This document shows, in pieces, positions 18,550 to 28,863 of a stretch of 64,000 nucleotides of DNA. The translations under genes and the position numbers were made by a program. How positions within the stretch are numbered: the stretch's first letter is position 1; each line of letters starts with the position of its first letter. The DNA is from Planctomycetota bacterium (GTDB lineage Bacteria; Planctomycetota; GCA-002687715; CAIWVZ01), in contig JBGANV010000001.1 in assembly GCA_044222185.1 (NCBI GenBank), forward strand, positions 1,120,001-1,184,000, read 5' to 3'. A model generated the notes under the pieces. The model saw only the letters and a program-made list of their open reading frames with translations. It did not search any database and was not told the origin of the DNA.

Positions 18550-19422
18550 TCACTCCGCGACTGCGGTGGACTTGGTTGCAAAGCGCTTCATCGTCTCCGG
18601 CTTGTATGTGAACAAGAGGTCGACGAGCTGCGCGAGCGTGTGCTTGAGTTCGTGGCGCTTGACGATCTTGTCCACGAACCCGTGCTCGAGCTGGAACTCG
18701 GATCGCTGGAACCCTTCCGGCAGATCCGTTCGCAGCGTCTCCTGGATGACTCGGGGCCCGGCGAACCCGATCAAGGCGTCCGGCTCGGCGACGATGACGT
18801 CGCCCAGGGCGGCGAACGATGCCGTGACGCCACCCGTCGTGGGATCCGTGAGCACACAGATGCAGAGCCCACCGCTCTTGTCCAGCCGGTGGAGAGCGCC
18901 GGAGGTCTTGGCCATCTGCATGAGCGAGAGGACGCCCTCGTGCATGCGGGCTCCGCCCGACGCGCTCACGAGGACTGCGGGGATCTTGAGCTCGGTTGCG
19001 AGTTCGACGGCCCGCGCAACCTTCTCCCCCACGACGGAGCCCATGGACCCGCCCATGAATCCGAAGTCGAGGACGCAGAGCGAAACGGGCTTCCCTTCGA
19101 TGAGCCCGACGCCGGCGATCGCGGCCTCGGTCTCACCGGACTTGATGACGGTGCGCGCGAGCTTCTCCGGATAGGGCTCCTTGTCGACGAAGCCGAGGAA
19201 ATCCCTGGGGTAGAGCTGGTTCCACATCTCGTCGAACGTGCCTTCGTCCACGAGGGAATCGACCCGACGGCGACCTGCAAGGAGGGAGTGCGCTCCGCAG
19301 TGCATGCAGACGTTCAGGTTCTTCTCGAAATCCTTCTGGAAGAGCGTCTGGTTGCACTTCTTGCATTTGATCCAGAGCCCCTCGGGCATGTCCTTCTTCT
19401 TGCCGAAGCTCCTCCAGCGCAT
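18550..19422 (-). CDS. accD: Acetyl-CoA carboxylase carboxyltransferase beta subunit
   Basis: CKKC...CMHC zinc ribbon, FMGGSMGSVVGEK, SGGARMHEG, PTTGGVTASF, IGFAGPRVI. Confidence 0.97.
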   Translation of the reverse strand: MRWRSFGKKKDMPEGLWIKCKKCNQTLFQKDFEKNLNVCMHCGAHSLLAGRRRVDSLVDEGTFDEMWNQLYPRDFLGFVDKEPYPEKLARTVIKSGETEAAIAGVGLIEGKPVSLCVLDFGFMGGSMGSVVGEKVARAVELATELKIPAVLVSASGGARMHEGVLSLMQMAKTSGALHRLDKSGGLCICVLTDPTTGGVTASFAALGDVIVAEPDALIGFAGPRVIQETLRTDLPEGFQRSEFQLEHGFVDKIVKRHELKHTLAQLVDLLFTYKPETMKRFATKSTAVAE

Positions 19423-19423
19423 G

Positions 19424-20095
19424 TCAGGTCTCCTTCACCGCTGCCGGCAGTGCCGACGCGGCGCGCTCGCGAAGTCGCGCAATCGAGGCCGCCCGATCCT
19501 TCTGACCGAACACGGCGGAGCCAGCCACCATCACCGTCGCGCCTGCGGCGGCGGCCGCTCCGATCGTGTCTGCGTTGATGCCGCCGTCGATCTCCAGATC
19601 CCCCTCGAAACCCATCTGCCGCAGTTCGCGAAGCTTGGGCAGAACCTCGGGCATGAAGCGCTGTCCACCGAAGCCCGGATGAACCGACATCACGAGGATC
19701 ATGTGGAGTCTGCCGAGGTGGGGTCGGAGCCCGGCGACCGACGTCTGCGGGTTGACCACCATGGCGGGCTTGACACCCAGCGCCTGCAGATGATCGATGA
19801 CGGGGCTCGGATCCTTCACCGCCTCCAGGTGGAACGAGATGATGTCCGCACCCGCCTCCGCGAACGGTTTCGCGTAGGTCATGGGGTCGGTGATCATCAG
19901 ATGGGCGTCGAGTGTCATGGTCGTCGCCTGCCGGATCGAGGCGACGAGAGGAGGTCCGAACGTGATGTTGGGGACGAAGTGCCCGTCCATCACGTCGAGG
20001 TGAAGGAGGTCCGCCCCGCCCTTGCGTACGGAGTCGATCTCTTCGGAGAGTCGCGTGAAGTCCGCCGCGAGGACGGATGGTGCGATCTTGATCAT
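19424..20095 (-). CDS. rpe: Ribulose-phosphate 3-epimerase
   Basis: IAPSVLAADF, HLDVMDGHFVPN, MSVHPGFGGQ, IDGGIN, VAGSAVF. Confidence 0.97.
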   Translation of the reverse strand: MIKIAPSVLAADFTRLSEEIDSVRKGGADLLHLDVMDGHFVPNITFGPPLVASIRQATTMTLDAHLMITDPMTYAKPFAEAGADIISFHLEAVKDPSPVIDHLQALGVKPAMVVNPQTSVAGLRPHLGRLHMILVMSVHPGFGGQRFMPEVLPKLRELRQMGFEGDLEIDGGINADTIGAAAAAGATVMVAGSAVFGQKDRAASIARLRERAASALPAAVKET

Positions 20096-20131
20096 GTCTC
20101 CGGTCTCCGCGTCCCCGGGCTCGCGATCATC

Positions 20132-21313
20132 CTATGCCCGATCCTTCAGGCACGCGATGCCGGGGAGGATCTTCCCTTCGATCAGCTCCAGGCTGGCGCC
20201 GCCCCCCGTCGACACGTGAGCCATCTTCGACGCGAGGCCGAACTTGTTCACCGCGGCAGCCGAATCTCCGCCGCCGACGATCGTCACCGCCGTCGACGCA
20301 GCGCAGGCTTCGGCGACCGCCTTCGTTCCCTCGGCGAACGGCGTCATCTCGAAGACGCCCATGGGGCCGTTCCAAAGCACCGTCTTCGCGTTCATGATCT
20401 GGTCGCGGAAGATTCGCATCGTCCCGGGACCGATGTCGAGCCCCATCCATCCGTGGGGAATCTGACCGACCTCGAGGCGACGCTCCGCCGTCTCCTTGAA
20501 CTCGTTCGCGCACAAGTGGTCCGTGGGAAGGTGAAGAGCGATCCCCTTCGCGCTGGCGTCGTAGATGATCTTCCGCGCGAGTTCGACCTTGTCCGGCTCG
20601 ACCTTCGAGTTGCCGATCGGGACTCCCTGCGCCGCGAGGAACGTGTAGGCCATTCCGCCGCCGATGAGGATCGAATCGACGCGCGTCATCAGGGACTCGA
20701 TCACGAGGATCTTGTCCGAGACCTTGGCTCCGCCGAGGATCGCGACGAAGGGGCGGACCGGATGGCCCATGATCTTGTCGAACGCTGCCAGCTCCTTTTC
20801 GACGAGGAACCCTGCGACGGCCGGCATGAAGGCTGCCACACCGCTCACGGAGGCGTGGGCGCGGTGAGACGACCCGAACGCGTCGTTGACGAAGACATCC
20901 CCGAGGCTCGCCAGGGCCTTGGCGAATTCCGGCGTGTTCTTCGTCTCCCCCGGCCAGAACCGCACGTTCTCGAGCAGCAGGGCCTCGCCATCCTTCAGGG
21001 CGGCGACGGCCTTGGCGGCCTCGGGCGCGACGATGTCCGACACGAGCCCGACCTTCTGCCCGAGTTCCTTGGACAAGCGCTCGGCGACCGGCGCGAGCGA
21101 CGCCTCTGGCATGCGCTCTCCGTCGGGACGCCCGAGATGGGACATCATGACGAGGCGTCCGCCCTGCGAGATCACGTGGCGGATCGTCGCCAGGCTTTCG
21201 GTGATGCGCGTGGCATCCGTGATGACACCGTTCTTCAGGGGCACGTTGAAGTCGGCCCGCATGAGAACGCGCCGGCCTTTGAGGGGAATGTCGCGAACGG
21301 TGAGCTTGTTCAT
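20132..21313 (-). CDS. pgk: Phosphoglycerate kinase
   Basis: RADFNVP, SHLGRP, LLENVRF, NDAFGSSHRAHAS, GGAKVSDKI, WNGPMGVFE, HVSTGGGASLE. Confidence 0.98.
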   Translation of the reverse strand: MNKLTVRDIPLKGRRVLMRADFNVPLKNGVITDATRITESLATIRHVISQGGRLVMMSHLGRPDGERMPEASLAPVAERLSKELGQKVGLVSDIVAPEAAKAVAALKDGEALLLENVRFWPGETKNTPEFAKALASLGDVFVNDAFGSSHRAHASVSGVAAFMPAVAGFLVEKELAAFDKIMGHPVRPFVAILGGAKVSDKILVIESLMTRVDSILIGGGMAYTFLAAQGVPIGNSKVEPDKVELARKIIYDASAKGIALHLPTDHLCANEFKETAERRLEVGQIPHGWMGLDIGPGTMRIFRDQIMNAKTVLWNGPMGVFEMTPFAEGTKAVAEACAASTAVTIVGGGDSAAAVNKFGLASKMAHVSTGGGASLELIEGKILPGIACLKDRA

Positions 21314-21445
21314 GTCGGTCGGAGTTCCGGCTTCAAGTTCGACGTGATCGTTGGTGCGGGTCTTAGCACACGGGGTCCCTGGCATCGACCGTCCGACGCG
21401 CGGCGACTATCATCGAACGGAGGCCCCGCCGAACCCGGCCCGCGC

Positions 21446-22867
21446 ATGACCGACTCCCAAGCCCGAACACCCCTCGACCCCCTCGAACGCGCGCTGCTGC
21501 GTTGCGGATTCGCGAAGGGCGACCACGTCGGCGTGGCCGTGTCGGGCGGCCCCGATTCGACGAGTGCTCTCGCGGCCACCGCGGCTCTCGGGTGTCGCGT
21601 GGGTTTCACCGTCACCGCGATCCACGTCGACCACGGACTGCGCGGCCCCGCCGCCGCGTTCGCCGACGAACGCGCCGTCGCGCGATGCTGCGAAATCCTG
21701 GGAGTCGACTTCCTCGTTCGGAAGGCAGATGTCCTGACGCGCGATCGAGGCGGCAGTCGCTCGATCGAATTCGCGGCCCGCGAAGCCCGCTACGCGGTGT
21801 TTCGGGAGGTCGCCGCCACCGTGCGAATCACCCACCTCGTCCTCGGCCACCACCGCGACGATCAGGATGAACACGTGATCCTGGCGCTCCTGCGCGGGAG
21901 CTGGCCGCAGGCACTCGCGGGAATGCCCCCTGCACGAGACTTGATCCCCGGTTGCACGCTCGTCCGCCCCTTCCTCGACCTGCGCAAGTCCGAACTCGGC
22001 GCTCGACTGGGAGACCTGCCGATCTCCGAAGACGAATCGAACGCGGCCCCCGCTCACCGGCGCAACGTCGTGCGTCTGGCGCTTCTACCGGCGCTCCAAA
22101 AGACCAGCGACGCGACGGCGACCGTGCTCGCGCGCGTCCGCCGCCAGTCCTCCGCTCTCACCGAAGCCTGCGCCGCCCGCGTGAACGCCGTGCGACCGCG
22201 GCTTTTGATCCACCGCGAGCCCGGCCTCATCGTGCTGGACGCGCGAACCCTGACGCAGGAGGCGCGCCTGGCGCGGGCCTGGATCCTGCGCGCACTTTGC
22301 AACGAGGACCGAACGATCGTCGGCCCGGCGTCGTGGCAGCTCGTGCGCCAGCTCGAGGACGCGCTCGGTGGCACCGACACCGCCGCCTGGGAGATCAAGC
22401 GTGGGGTGTGGATCGAACGGCGAGACGGCCGCATCCACGTTTTTCGCGACCCGCCCGCGACGGACCCTGGGCCGCCGGTCGCGGCTGGCGAATCGGAATG
22501 GGTCCTGTTCGACGACGGCGTGAGGCGGATCTCATTGCGTGCGGAGTCGCGTGACGGCGATGGTCGCTGCCCGAACGTCGCGGTACGCCGCGCGCGGCCG
22601 AGTGACCGATTCCCACTGGAGAACGGCGGCACGCAAAGTCTCGCGGACCTGCTGTCGAATCGCCACGTTCCGCGCGCGTTCCGCCGGCGGGTCCCAGTGC
22701 TGATCGCCGACGGGCGGATCGCGTGGGTCGTGGGAGTGCGTTCCGCCGCGGTCCCGTCGACCCCTGGAATGCGATGGACCGCGTGGGTCGACGGGAGTGT
22801 GCCGTGGGCGCGGACCGAAGGGCCGCACCCGGCACCGATGACCGTTCAGGTCACTTGTAGGCGATGA
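21446..22867 (+). CDS. tilS: tRNA(Ile)-lysidine synthetase
   Basis: VAVSGGPDS PP-loop, HVDHGLR, AAREARY, HHRDDQ, VRPFL, DESN, C-terminal TilS domain (VPRAFRRRVPVL...IAWVVG). Confidence 0.93.
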   Translation: MTDSQARTPLDPLERALLRCGFAKGDHVGVAVSGGPDSTSALAATAALGCRVGFTVTAIHVDHGLRGPAAAFADERAVARCCEILGVDFLVRKADVLTRDRGGSRSIEFAAREARYAVFREVAATVRITHLVLGHHRDDQDEHVILALLRGSWPQALAGMPPARDLIPGCTLVRPFLDLRKSELGARLGDLPISEDESNAAPAHRRNVVRLALLPALQKTSDATATVLARVRRQSSALTEACAARVNAVRPRLLIHREPGLIVLDARTLTQEARLARAWILRALCNEDRTIVGPASWQLVRQLEDALGGTDTAAWEIKRGVWIERRDGRIHVFRDPPATDPGPPVAAGESEWVLFDDGVRRISLRAESRDGDGRCPNVAVRRARPSDRFPLENGGTQSLADLLSNRHVPRAFRRRVPVLIADGRIAWVVGVRSAAVPSTPGMRWTAWVDGSVPWARTEGPHPAPMTVQVTCRR

Positions 22868-24068
22868 CGTAACCGTCCTTCGTGAGTCCGAGCAGGAGGT
22901 TGGCCTCCGGTGCGCCCATGACCCAGTCGAAGGAGCCGAGTGTCGCTTTGGCGGTCGTCCGGCCGGTCTTGGCGTCGACGCGCCAGACTTCGTGGCCGTG
23001 GCCGCGGAGGTATGCCCGCTTGGCGTTGTACGCGAGGCCTTCGGTCGCGAGCTCGAAGCCCTCCGGCGCCTTGTCGACGTCGGACGCGCGCCACACGCTC
23101 AGGCCGGTCGTCAGGTCGACCGCGACGAGGCGATCCGCGTTGTGCGCGAAGACGACGTTCCCGCTGACGGTGGCCGCCGTGACGAAGGGTGACTCCGTCC
23201 GGTAGGTCCAGCGAGAAACGCCCGTTGCGCCGTCGAGGCAGTACAGCCCTCGATCCTGACAGGACGCGATGAGGCTCACGGAGTGCTTCCCGGCCTCGAC
23301 CGTGTCCGACATCGTGAGTGCGTTGCAGGCTCCGAGGAGGCGCGTCCGCCATGCGGCGTCGACAGGGGCAACCTCGTTCCATCCCATCGCGGGGACGGCG
23401 ACGACCTCGCCATCCAGCCCGCCGACGATTGCGAGACCCCGTGGAAGCCGCGGAGTGACGATGGGACCGGCCGTGATGACGGACGTCGCGGCGAAACGCC
23501 ACGCGGTCCGCGCATCGACGGGGTTGAGCGCGAGGATCTGGTTGGTCGCGAGGCCGGCGGCGAACACCGTGGTGTCCGTCGACGCCAGCGGCATCGTCGT
23601 GGCCACGTTGAGCTCGGTCCGCATGCGGAACTCGTGAGCCCCCGTCCGGCGATTGACGACGATCATCCCGCCGTCGGTCTCGGTGACGAACACGACGTAG
23701 CGATCGCCGGGGCGAGGATCCAGGCGGACCTTCTTCGGTCCCAGCACGACCACCCACTTGCGCTCACCCACCTTCAGGTCGACGCAGATGACTTCGTACT
23801 GGCGCTTCGCCGGATTGAACTGCTCGAGGTACAGGTCTGAGCCACTGACCCAGGCGTCCTCGAGGGTCCCGCCATCGAGGCAGTTCCAAGCGAAAGCGCG
23901 CTCCATTCCCACGCCGGCCATCTCACTCGCCAGCATTTCGACACGACTGGAATTGTCCGCGAGGGGCGCGGACGTCTCCTGGGTCGAGGTGTTCGTCGTC
24001 TGTGCACACGACGCGAACAACAACACCAGGCCCAGAACGGGGGCTATGCCCCGATTCCGAATGAGCAT
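22851..24068 (-). CDS. PQQ-like beta-propeller lipoprotein (BamB-like)
   Basis: LLFASC lipobox; repeated LYCLD..TG...W / LVAVD..TG..VW blades. Confidence 0.8.
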   Translation of the reverse strand: MLIRNRGIAPVLGLVLLFASCAQTTNTSTQETSAPLADNSSRVEMLASEMAGVGMERAFAWNCLDGGTLEDAWVSGSDLYLEQFNPAKRQYEVICVDLKVGERKWVVVLGPKKVRLDPRPGDRYVVFVTETDGGMIVVNRRTGAHEFRMRTELNVATTMPLASTDTTVFAAGLATNQILALNPVDARTAWRFAATSVITAGPIVTPRLPRGLAIVGGLDGEVVAVPAMGWNEVAPVDAAWRTRLLGACNALTMSDTVEAGKHSVSLIASCQDRGLYCLDGATGVSRWTYRTESPFVTAATVSGNVVFAHNADRLVAVDLTTGLSVWRASDVDKAPEGFELATEGLAYNAKRAYLRGHGHEVWRVDAKTGRTTAKATLGSFDWVMGAPEANLLLGLTKDGYVIAYK

Positions 24069-24136
24069 GAGCGCGGTCTCCAAAGTGAGCTTGAGCAGCC
24101 TATCTTTTTTCCCGGTTCGAGCGCGTAAGCGGCACT

Positions 24137-24164
24137 AATATAGGCACGTAGGAAAACGAGTCAA
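24137..24164 (-). promoter_or_regulatory. Putative sigma70 promoter of the propeller gene
   Basis: Minus strand TTGACT-N16-TATATT in an AT-richer intergenic stretch. Confidence 0.5.
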
Positions 24165-24206
24165 GAAAACCTGCGGACGTCTCCGTCGCCCCTGATCGCG
24201 CGCTCG

Positions 24207-24941
24207 ATGCCCGACCCCACCCCTTCGCCTGAAAATCTCCGCGCCATCGTCGCGGCGAACCTCGCGTCCGTCCGCCTGCGGATCTCGGCCGCAGAGCGGT
24301 CTGCGGGACGCAGTTCGGGCTCCGTTCGCCTCGTCGCCGTCACGAAGTCCGTGACGGTTGAGGGTGCGATCGCGCTCGCCCGGGAGGGGGTCCTCGACCT
24401 GGCGGAGAACCGTCCGGAGAACCTCGTCGAGAAAGCGTCGGCACCCGGCCTGGCCGGAGTCGTCTGGCATCTGATCGGGACCTGGCAGCGTCGAAAAGTC
24501 CGCGATTCGATCGCGCGCGTGGGCATCGTCCATTCCGTGCACAGCCTGGACCTGGGCCGGGAGATCTCGCGGCGAGCGTCGGACGCAGGGCGGCGCCTCC
24601 CCGCGCTCGTCCAGGTCAACATCTCGGGGGAACCATCGAAGCAGGGCCTGACGGCCGAGGAAGCGCCCGCAGCGATCGACGCCCTCCACGCGCTGAGCGG
24701 GATCCGGATCGACGGCCTGATGACGATGGCTCCGGAGGGCGCCGACGGATCGACGCTCCGGCGCATCTTTGCTGCGACCCGCGCGCTCCGCGACCGTCTG
24801 GCAACGCACGAACACCCGCTCCCGGAACTGTCCATGGGAATGTCGTCCGATTTCGAGCCCGCCATCCTCGAAGGCTCCACCATGGTGAGGATCGGGTCGG
24901 CGCTGTTTCGCGGCATTCCTTCCGGCGGGACGCTGACATAG
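24207..24941 (+). CDS. yggS: Pyridoxal phosphate homeostasis protein YggS/PLPBP
   Basis: LVAVTK (PLP lysine), WHLIG, HSVHS, LVQVNISGEPSKQG, GLMTM, LSMGMSSDF, MVRIGSALF. Confidence 0.96.
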   Translation: MPDPTPSPENLRAIVAANLASVRLRISAAERSAGRSSGSVRLVAVTKSVTVEGAIALAREGVLDLAENRPENLVEKASAPGLAGVVWHLIGTWQRRKVRDSIARVGIVHSVHSLDLGREISRRASDAGRRLPALVQVNISGEPSKQGLTAEEAPAAIDALHALSGIRIDGLMTMAPEGADGSTLRRIFAATRALRDRLATHEHPLPELSMGMSSDFEPAILEGSTMVRIGSALFRGIPSGGTLT

Positions 24942-24977
24942 ACTCTGGTCCCTCCAGGCCCGAACAACGTTGTCTGC

Positions 24978-27671
24978 ATGCCGATCCTGATCGTCGAAAG
25001 AGGAAACGAACGAGGTCGCCGTTTCGACCTGAAGCCAGGTGCCCGTTTCGTTTTCGGCAGGGACGAAGCCTCGACCCTCGTCACCAGCGACCACCTCTGC
25101 TCGCGGCAGCACTTCGCCGTCGAGGAGAGGAACGGTGCATGGGTGGCCGTCGACCTCGGCTCGTCGAATGGCACCTTCGTCAACGAGGAACGCATCACGG
25201 AGCGGACGCTCGCATTCGGCGACTTCATCGGCGCCGGCGAGACGCAACTGCTCTATCACCAGGACGAAGCCAGCGCGGGCCGCGGTCTCGCCGGCAAGGT
25301 CGTCGGTGGATACAAGATCCTCGAGCGCCTCGGTCGCGGTGGCATGGGCACGGTGTACAAGGCGAACCAGATCAGCCTGAACCGGGTCGTCGCCCTGAAG
25401 GTGCTCTCCCACCGAGTCAGCGCCGATCCAGCCTTCGTGAAGCGGTTCCAGGCCGAGGCCCAGGCGGCCGGCCGGCTCAACCATCCGAACATCGTCCAGG
25501 TCTACGACGTCGGCAACGACCAGCGGCTGCACTACTACTCGATGGAGTACATCGAGAACGGAAGCGTGCAGACCCTCGCGACGAAGCTCGGCACGCTCCC
25601 CATGGACCTGGCGATCGCGGTGATCACGGACGCGGCTCGAGGCCTCGTCTACGCCGAGAAGCGCAACCTCGTTCACCGCGACATCAAGCCCGACAACTTG
25701 ATGATCAACAGCGAAGGCGTGGTGAAGATCGCCGACCTGGGACTCGCGCGCGACGCTGGTGAGCGTGCGCGCCACTCGGGAGAGAAGTCGGAGGGAACGG
25801 GCGAAGACAGTGACATCTTCGGCACTCCCCATTTCATCTCCCCCGAACAGGCCCAGGGCAAGGCCGTCGACACGCGTTCCGACATCTACTCGCTCGGCGC
25901 GACCTTCTACCGGCTCACCGCCGGCCAGACGCCCTTCAGCGGCGAGAACGTCCAGGAGATCATCCAGAAACAGATCGACGAGGAGCCCGTCCCCATCCGC
26001 AAACAGCGGAAGGACTGCAGCCCTGCCGTCGCCGCGATCATCGAGAAGATGATGCAGAAGGACCCTGGCGCCAGGTACCAGTCGGCGCAGGACCTGCTCA
26101 ACGATCTCGAGTCGTTGGAGAAGACCGCCGCGGGCGGTTCAGGCAAGCTGGTCGCCGCCATCGTTGCGCTCGTCGTCCTGGCCGGCGGCGGTTTCGCCGC
26201 GTGGAAGGCACTTGGAGCGAAGCCCGAAGTGGTCGTGGCGCCCCCCGTCGACACGAAGCCGACGGCGACCCGCCCGAGTACCGACGACGGGAGCGACCTG
26301 AACTCCACCGAGCAGGAGCGCGAAGCCGCGCGCGTGGCTTTCCTCGCCGTGCGCGACGCCGAGGACCAGGCCGTGGCCGCCGGCAACGCCGACTGGCCCG
26401 CTCTGCGCACCCGCTACCAGACCGTCGCGGACAGCTACGCCCGAACCGCCTTCGGAAAGAACGCCCGCGAACGCGTGACCGCGATCGACAAGATCGTCGC
26501 CGCCAACGAGGCCAAGGCCGCGGCGCTCGCGGCAGCGGCCGAGTCGCGGGCGGCCGCCGTCCGAGGCTCCATCGAGAAGGCGAAGTCGGCGGCCGAGACC
26601 GCCGCCAAGGAGGACCGATTCGCCGACGCGCTCGCCGCCGTGCAGAAGGCTCGACGTGAGATCGGGCCCGGAGCTGAAGGTGCGGCGCTCGACCAGCTGA
26701 CCGAGTCCTTGAAAAAGCAGGCGATCGCGCGCGTGACGGCTCTCGGCGACAGCGCCAAGGCGCTCGAGCAGGCCGGCAAGCTCGACGACGCGGAAAAGTT
26801 GCTGCGTGACGCCGCGGCGGCATTCGTCGGTGAGAACACGGGGACCGCACGCCAGCCGTTCGAGAACGGTGCAGCACAGCTCACGACCGCCGCCGCCGGA
26901 GTGCGCGCCCGCGGAGAGGAACGAAATCGCGCCGACATGGAACACGATCGTCAGCTCGTCTTCCAGACCCGCAAGTCCGTCGGTACGAGCCTCACGCACA
27001 ACTTCGACCCGGACCAGGCGAAGACCGCGCTCACCCAGGCCTCCAACGAACTCCGGCGGGCCGATCAGAAGGCGGCGATCGCCGCTGACCTGGAGGCTCT
27101 GGATGCGGCGATCCGTCTGCGCACGCAGTGGGTCGAGTTCCTCCAGGCGCAGATCCCGCGCGGACTCAAGCTCAAGCTGCCGACGTCGCCGGATCGCAAG
27201 AAGACCGGAGACTTCACGATCGTCAGCGTGAACTCGACGGGCCTCGTCGGAAAGCGCGGGACCGGCGAGATGCCGTTCACGTTCTCATCCTTCACCACGG
27301 TCGAGTTCTACGACTACTTCCTGAAGGACTGGGTCGAGAAGAACGACGCCACGCACGCCGATGCGGCGCAGCTGCTCATGCTGGGTGGAGCGCCCGACCG
27401 CGCCCTCGACCTCGCGAACACCCTGAAGGATCCTGCCGTGAAGGATTCCCTCATCGGCATCGCGAAGCGCGAGGCGGAGGCCGCGGCGCTACTCGCGGAG
27501 GTTCGCGACCTCGCGCAAAAGGCGACGACCGACGAGTCGGTCACGGGCCGGCTGTACCGCAAGGTCAACCGTCTCCTCGACGAGTTCGGAACGACGCGCA
27601 CCACGTTGATGAACCGTCGCGCCCCGCCGGCGCCCATGAGCCGCCCGACCTCGCGCGATTCGCTTCGGTGA
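24978..27671 (+). CDS. FHA-domain Hanks-type Ser/Thr protein kinase with a TM helix and a long helical C-terminal region
   Basis: FHA (GRD..SRQH..DLGSSNGTFVN), LGRGGMGTVY, VALK, HRDIKPDN, DLG, GTPHFISPEQ, TM LVAAIVALVVLAGGGFAAW. Confidence 0.93.
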   Translation: MPILIVERGNERGRRFDLKPGARFVFGRDEASTLVTSDHLCSRQHFAVEERNGAWVAVDLGSSNGTFVNEERITERTLAFGDFIGAGETQLLYHQDEASAGRGLAGKVVGGYKILERLGRGGMGTVYKANQISLNRVVALKVLSHRVSADPAFVKRFQAEAQAAGRLNHPNIVQVYDVGNDQRLHYYSMEYIENGSVQTLATKLGTLPMDLAIAVITDAARGLVYAEKRNLVHRDIKPDNLMINSEGVVKIADLGLARDAGERARHSGEKSEGTGEDSDIFGTPHFISPEQAQGKAVDTRSDIYSLGATFYRLTAGQTPFSGENVQEIIQKQIDEEPVPIRKQRKDCSPAVAAIIEKMMQKDPGARYQSAQDLLNDLESLEKTAAGGSGKLVAAIVALVVLAGGGFAAWKALGAKPEVVVAPPVDTKPTATRPSTDDGSDLNSTEQEREAARVAFLAVRDAEDQAVAAGNADWPALRTRYQTVADSYARTAFGKNARERVTAIDKIVAANEAKAAALAAAAESRAAAVRGSIEKAKSAAETAAKEDRFADALAAVQKARREIGPGAEGAALDQLTESLKKQAIARVTALGDSAKALEQAGKLDDAEKLLRDAAAAFVGENTGTARQPFENGAAQLTTAAAGVRARGEERNRADMEHDRQLVFQTRKSVGTSLTHNFDPDQAKTALTQASNELRRADQKAAIAADLEALDAAIRLRTQWVEFLQAQIPRGLKLKLPTSPDRKKTGDFTIVSVNSTGLVGKRGTGEMPFTFSSFTTVEFYDYFLKDWVEKNDATHADAAQLLMLGGAPDRALDLANTLKDPAVKDSLIGIAKREAEAAALLAEVRDLAQKATTDESVTGRLYRKVNRLLDEFGTTRTTLMNRRAPPAPMSRPTSRDSLR

Positions 27672-27982
27672 GCGTGACGATCCAGGAGACGCGGGAGGGT
27701 GTCGTCTTCCGCGTCCGCTGCCGCCCTTCGGCGCCGAAGACGCGGCTCGCGGGCGAACATGCGGGATCCCTCAAGGTCGACCTCGCCGCGCCGCCCGAGC
27801 GCGGCAAAGCGAACGCGGAACTCGTGCGATTCCTCGCCAAGACGCTCGGTGTCGACGCGGCTGCGATCCGGATCTCCGCCGGCGAGAGCGGCCGTGAGAA
27901 ATCCATCCGCCTTTCGGGTATCACTTTGGCCTCACTCGCCGCGAAACTCGCGGCCATTGACGGGGGAACGTCGCACTCATGA
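27668..27982 (+). CDS. yggU: DUF167/YggU family protein
   Basis: [39 protein letters not shown]; GTG start overlaps the kinase stop. Confidence 0.88.
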   Translation: MSVTIQETREGVVFRVRCRPSAPKTRLAGEHAGSLKVDLAAPPERGKANAELVRFLAKTLGVDAAAIRISAGESGREKSIRLSGITLASLAAKLAAIDGGTSHS

Positions 27983-28803
27983 CGACACTGAATCAGCAGA
28001 TCCGCGAATCCGCCGACGCCGTGCGCGCCGCGGTCGGCGACCTGCGTCCTGAGGTCGGCATCATCCTCGGTACGGGGCTCGGCAGCCTGGGCTCGGAGAT
28101 CGAGTCCCGCAAGACGATGCCCTACTCCGAAATCCCGCACTTCGCGCGCTCGACGGTCGAATCGCATCGAGGGGATCTCGTGTTCGGAACGCTCTCCGGC
28201 AAGCGCGTCGTCGCCATGGAGGGTCGGGTCCATTTCTACGAGGGCTATTCCATGCGCCAGATCACGCACCCGGTCCGCGTGATGAAGGCGCTGGGCGTTC
28301 ACACCCTCATCGTGACCAACGCATGCGGCGGCATGAATCCCCAGTGGAAGACCAGCGACATCATGGTGATCGACGATCAGATCAACCTGATGGGCGCCAA
28401 CCCGCTGATCGGCCCCAACGACGATGAGCTCGGGCCGCGCTTTCCGGACATGTCGCAGCCCTACGACCGCGAGCTCATCGGCCTCGCCCAGCGCGTCGCC
28501 CTGGAAGAGAAGATCACGCTCCAGAAAGGCGTGTTCGTCGCCGTCGCCGGACCCAACCTCGAGACGCGGGCGGAGTACCGTTTCCTGCGGACGATCGGAG
28601 CCGACGTCGTCGGCATGAGCACGGTGCCTGAAGTGATCGTCGCCGCACACCAAGGCACCCGCGCCCTCGGCTTCTCGATTATCACGGACAGCTGCCTTCC
28701 CGACGCGTTGCGGCCGGCGCAGCTGTCCGAAATCCTCGAAGCCGCAGCCCACGCCGAACCCAAGCTGAAGAAGCTGGTCAAAGGCGTGATCGCGAAGCTC
28801 TGA
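27979..28803 (+). CDS. punA: Purine nucleoside phosphorylase (trimeric, inosine/guanosine type)
   Basis: [40 protein letters not shown]. Confidence 0.95.
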   Translation: MTTLNQQIRESADAVRAAVGDLRPEVGIILGTGLGSLGSEIESRKTMPYSEIPHFARSTVESHRGDLVFGTLSGKRVVAMEGRVHFYEGYSMRQITHPVRVMKALGVHTLIVTNACGGMNPQWKTSDIMVIDDQINLMGANPLIGPNDDELGPRFPDMSQPYDRELIGLAQRVALEEKITLQKGVFVAVAGPNLETRAEYRFLRTIGADVVGMSTVPEVIVAAHQGTRALGFSIITDSCLPDALRPAQLSEILEAAAHAEPKLKKLVKGVIAKL

Positions 28804-28863
28804 CCGCCTCGCGACAGAAACCCGAATCGATCGAAGGCCCCGTGATCCACGGAGACGCCACGA

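Noticed and set aside
19238-22867. 1209-aa ORF suggesting a giant TilS fusion
   Set aside because: The first 736 codons are antisense to accD, rpe and pgk; TilS begins at 21446
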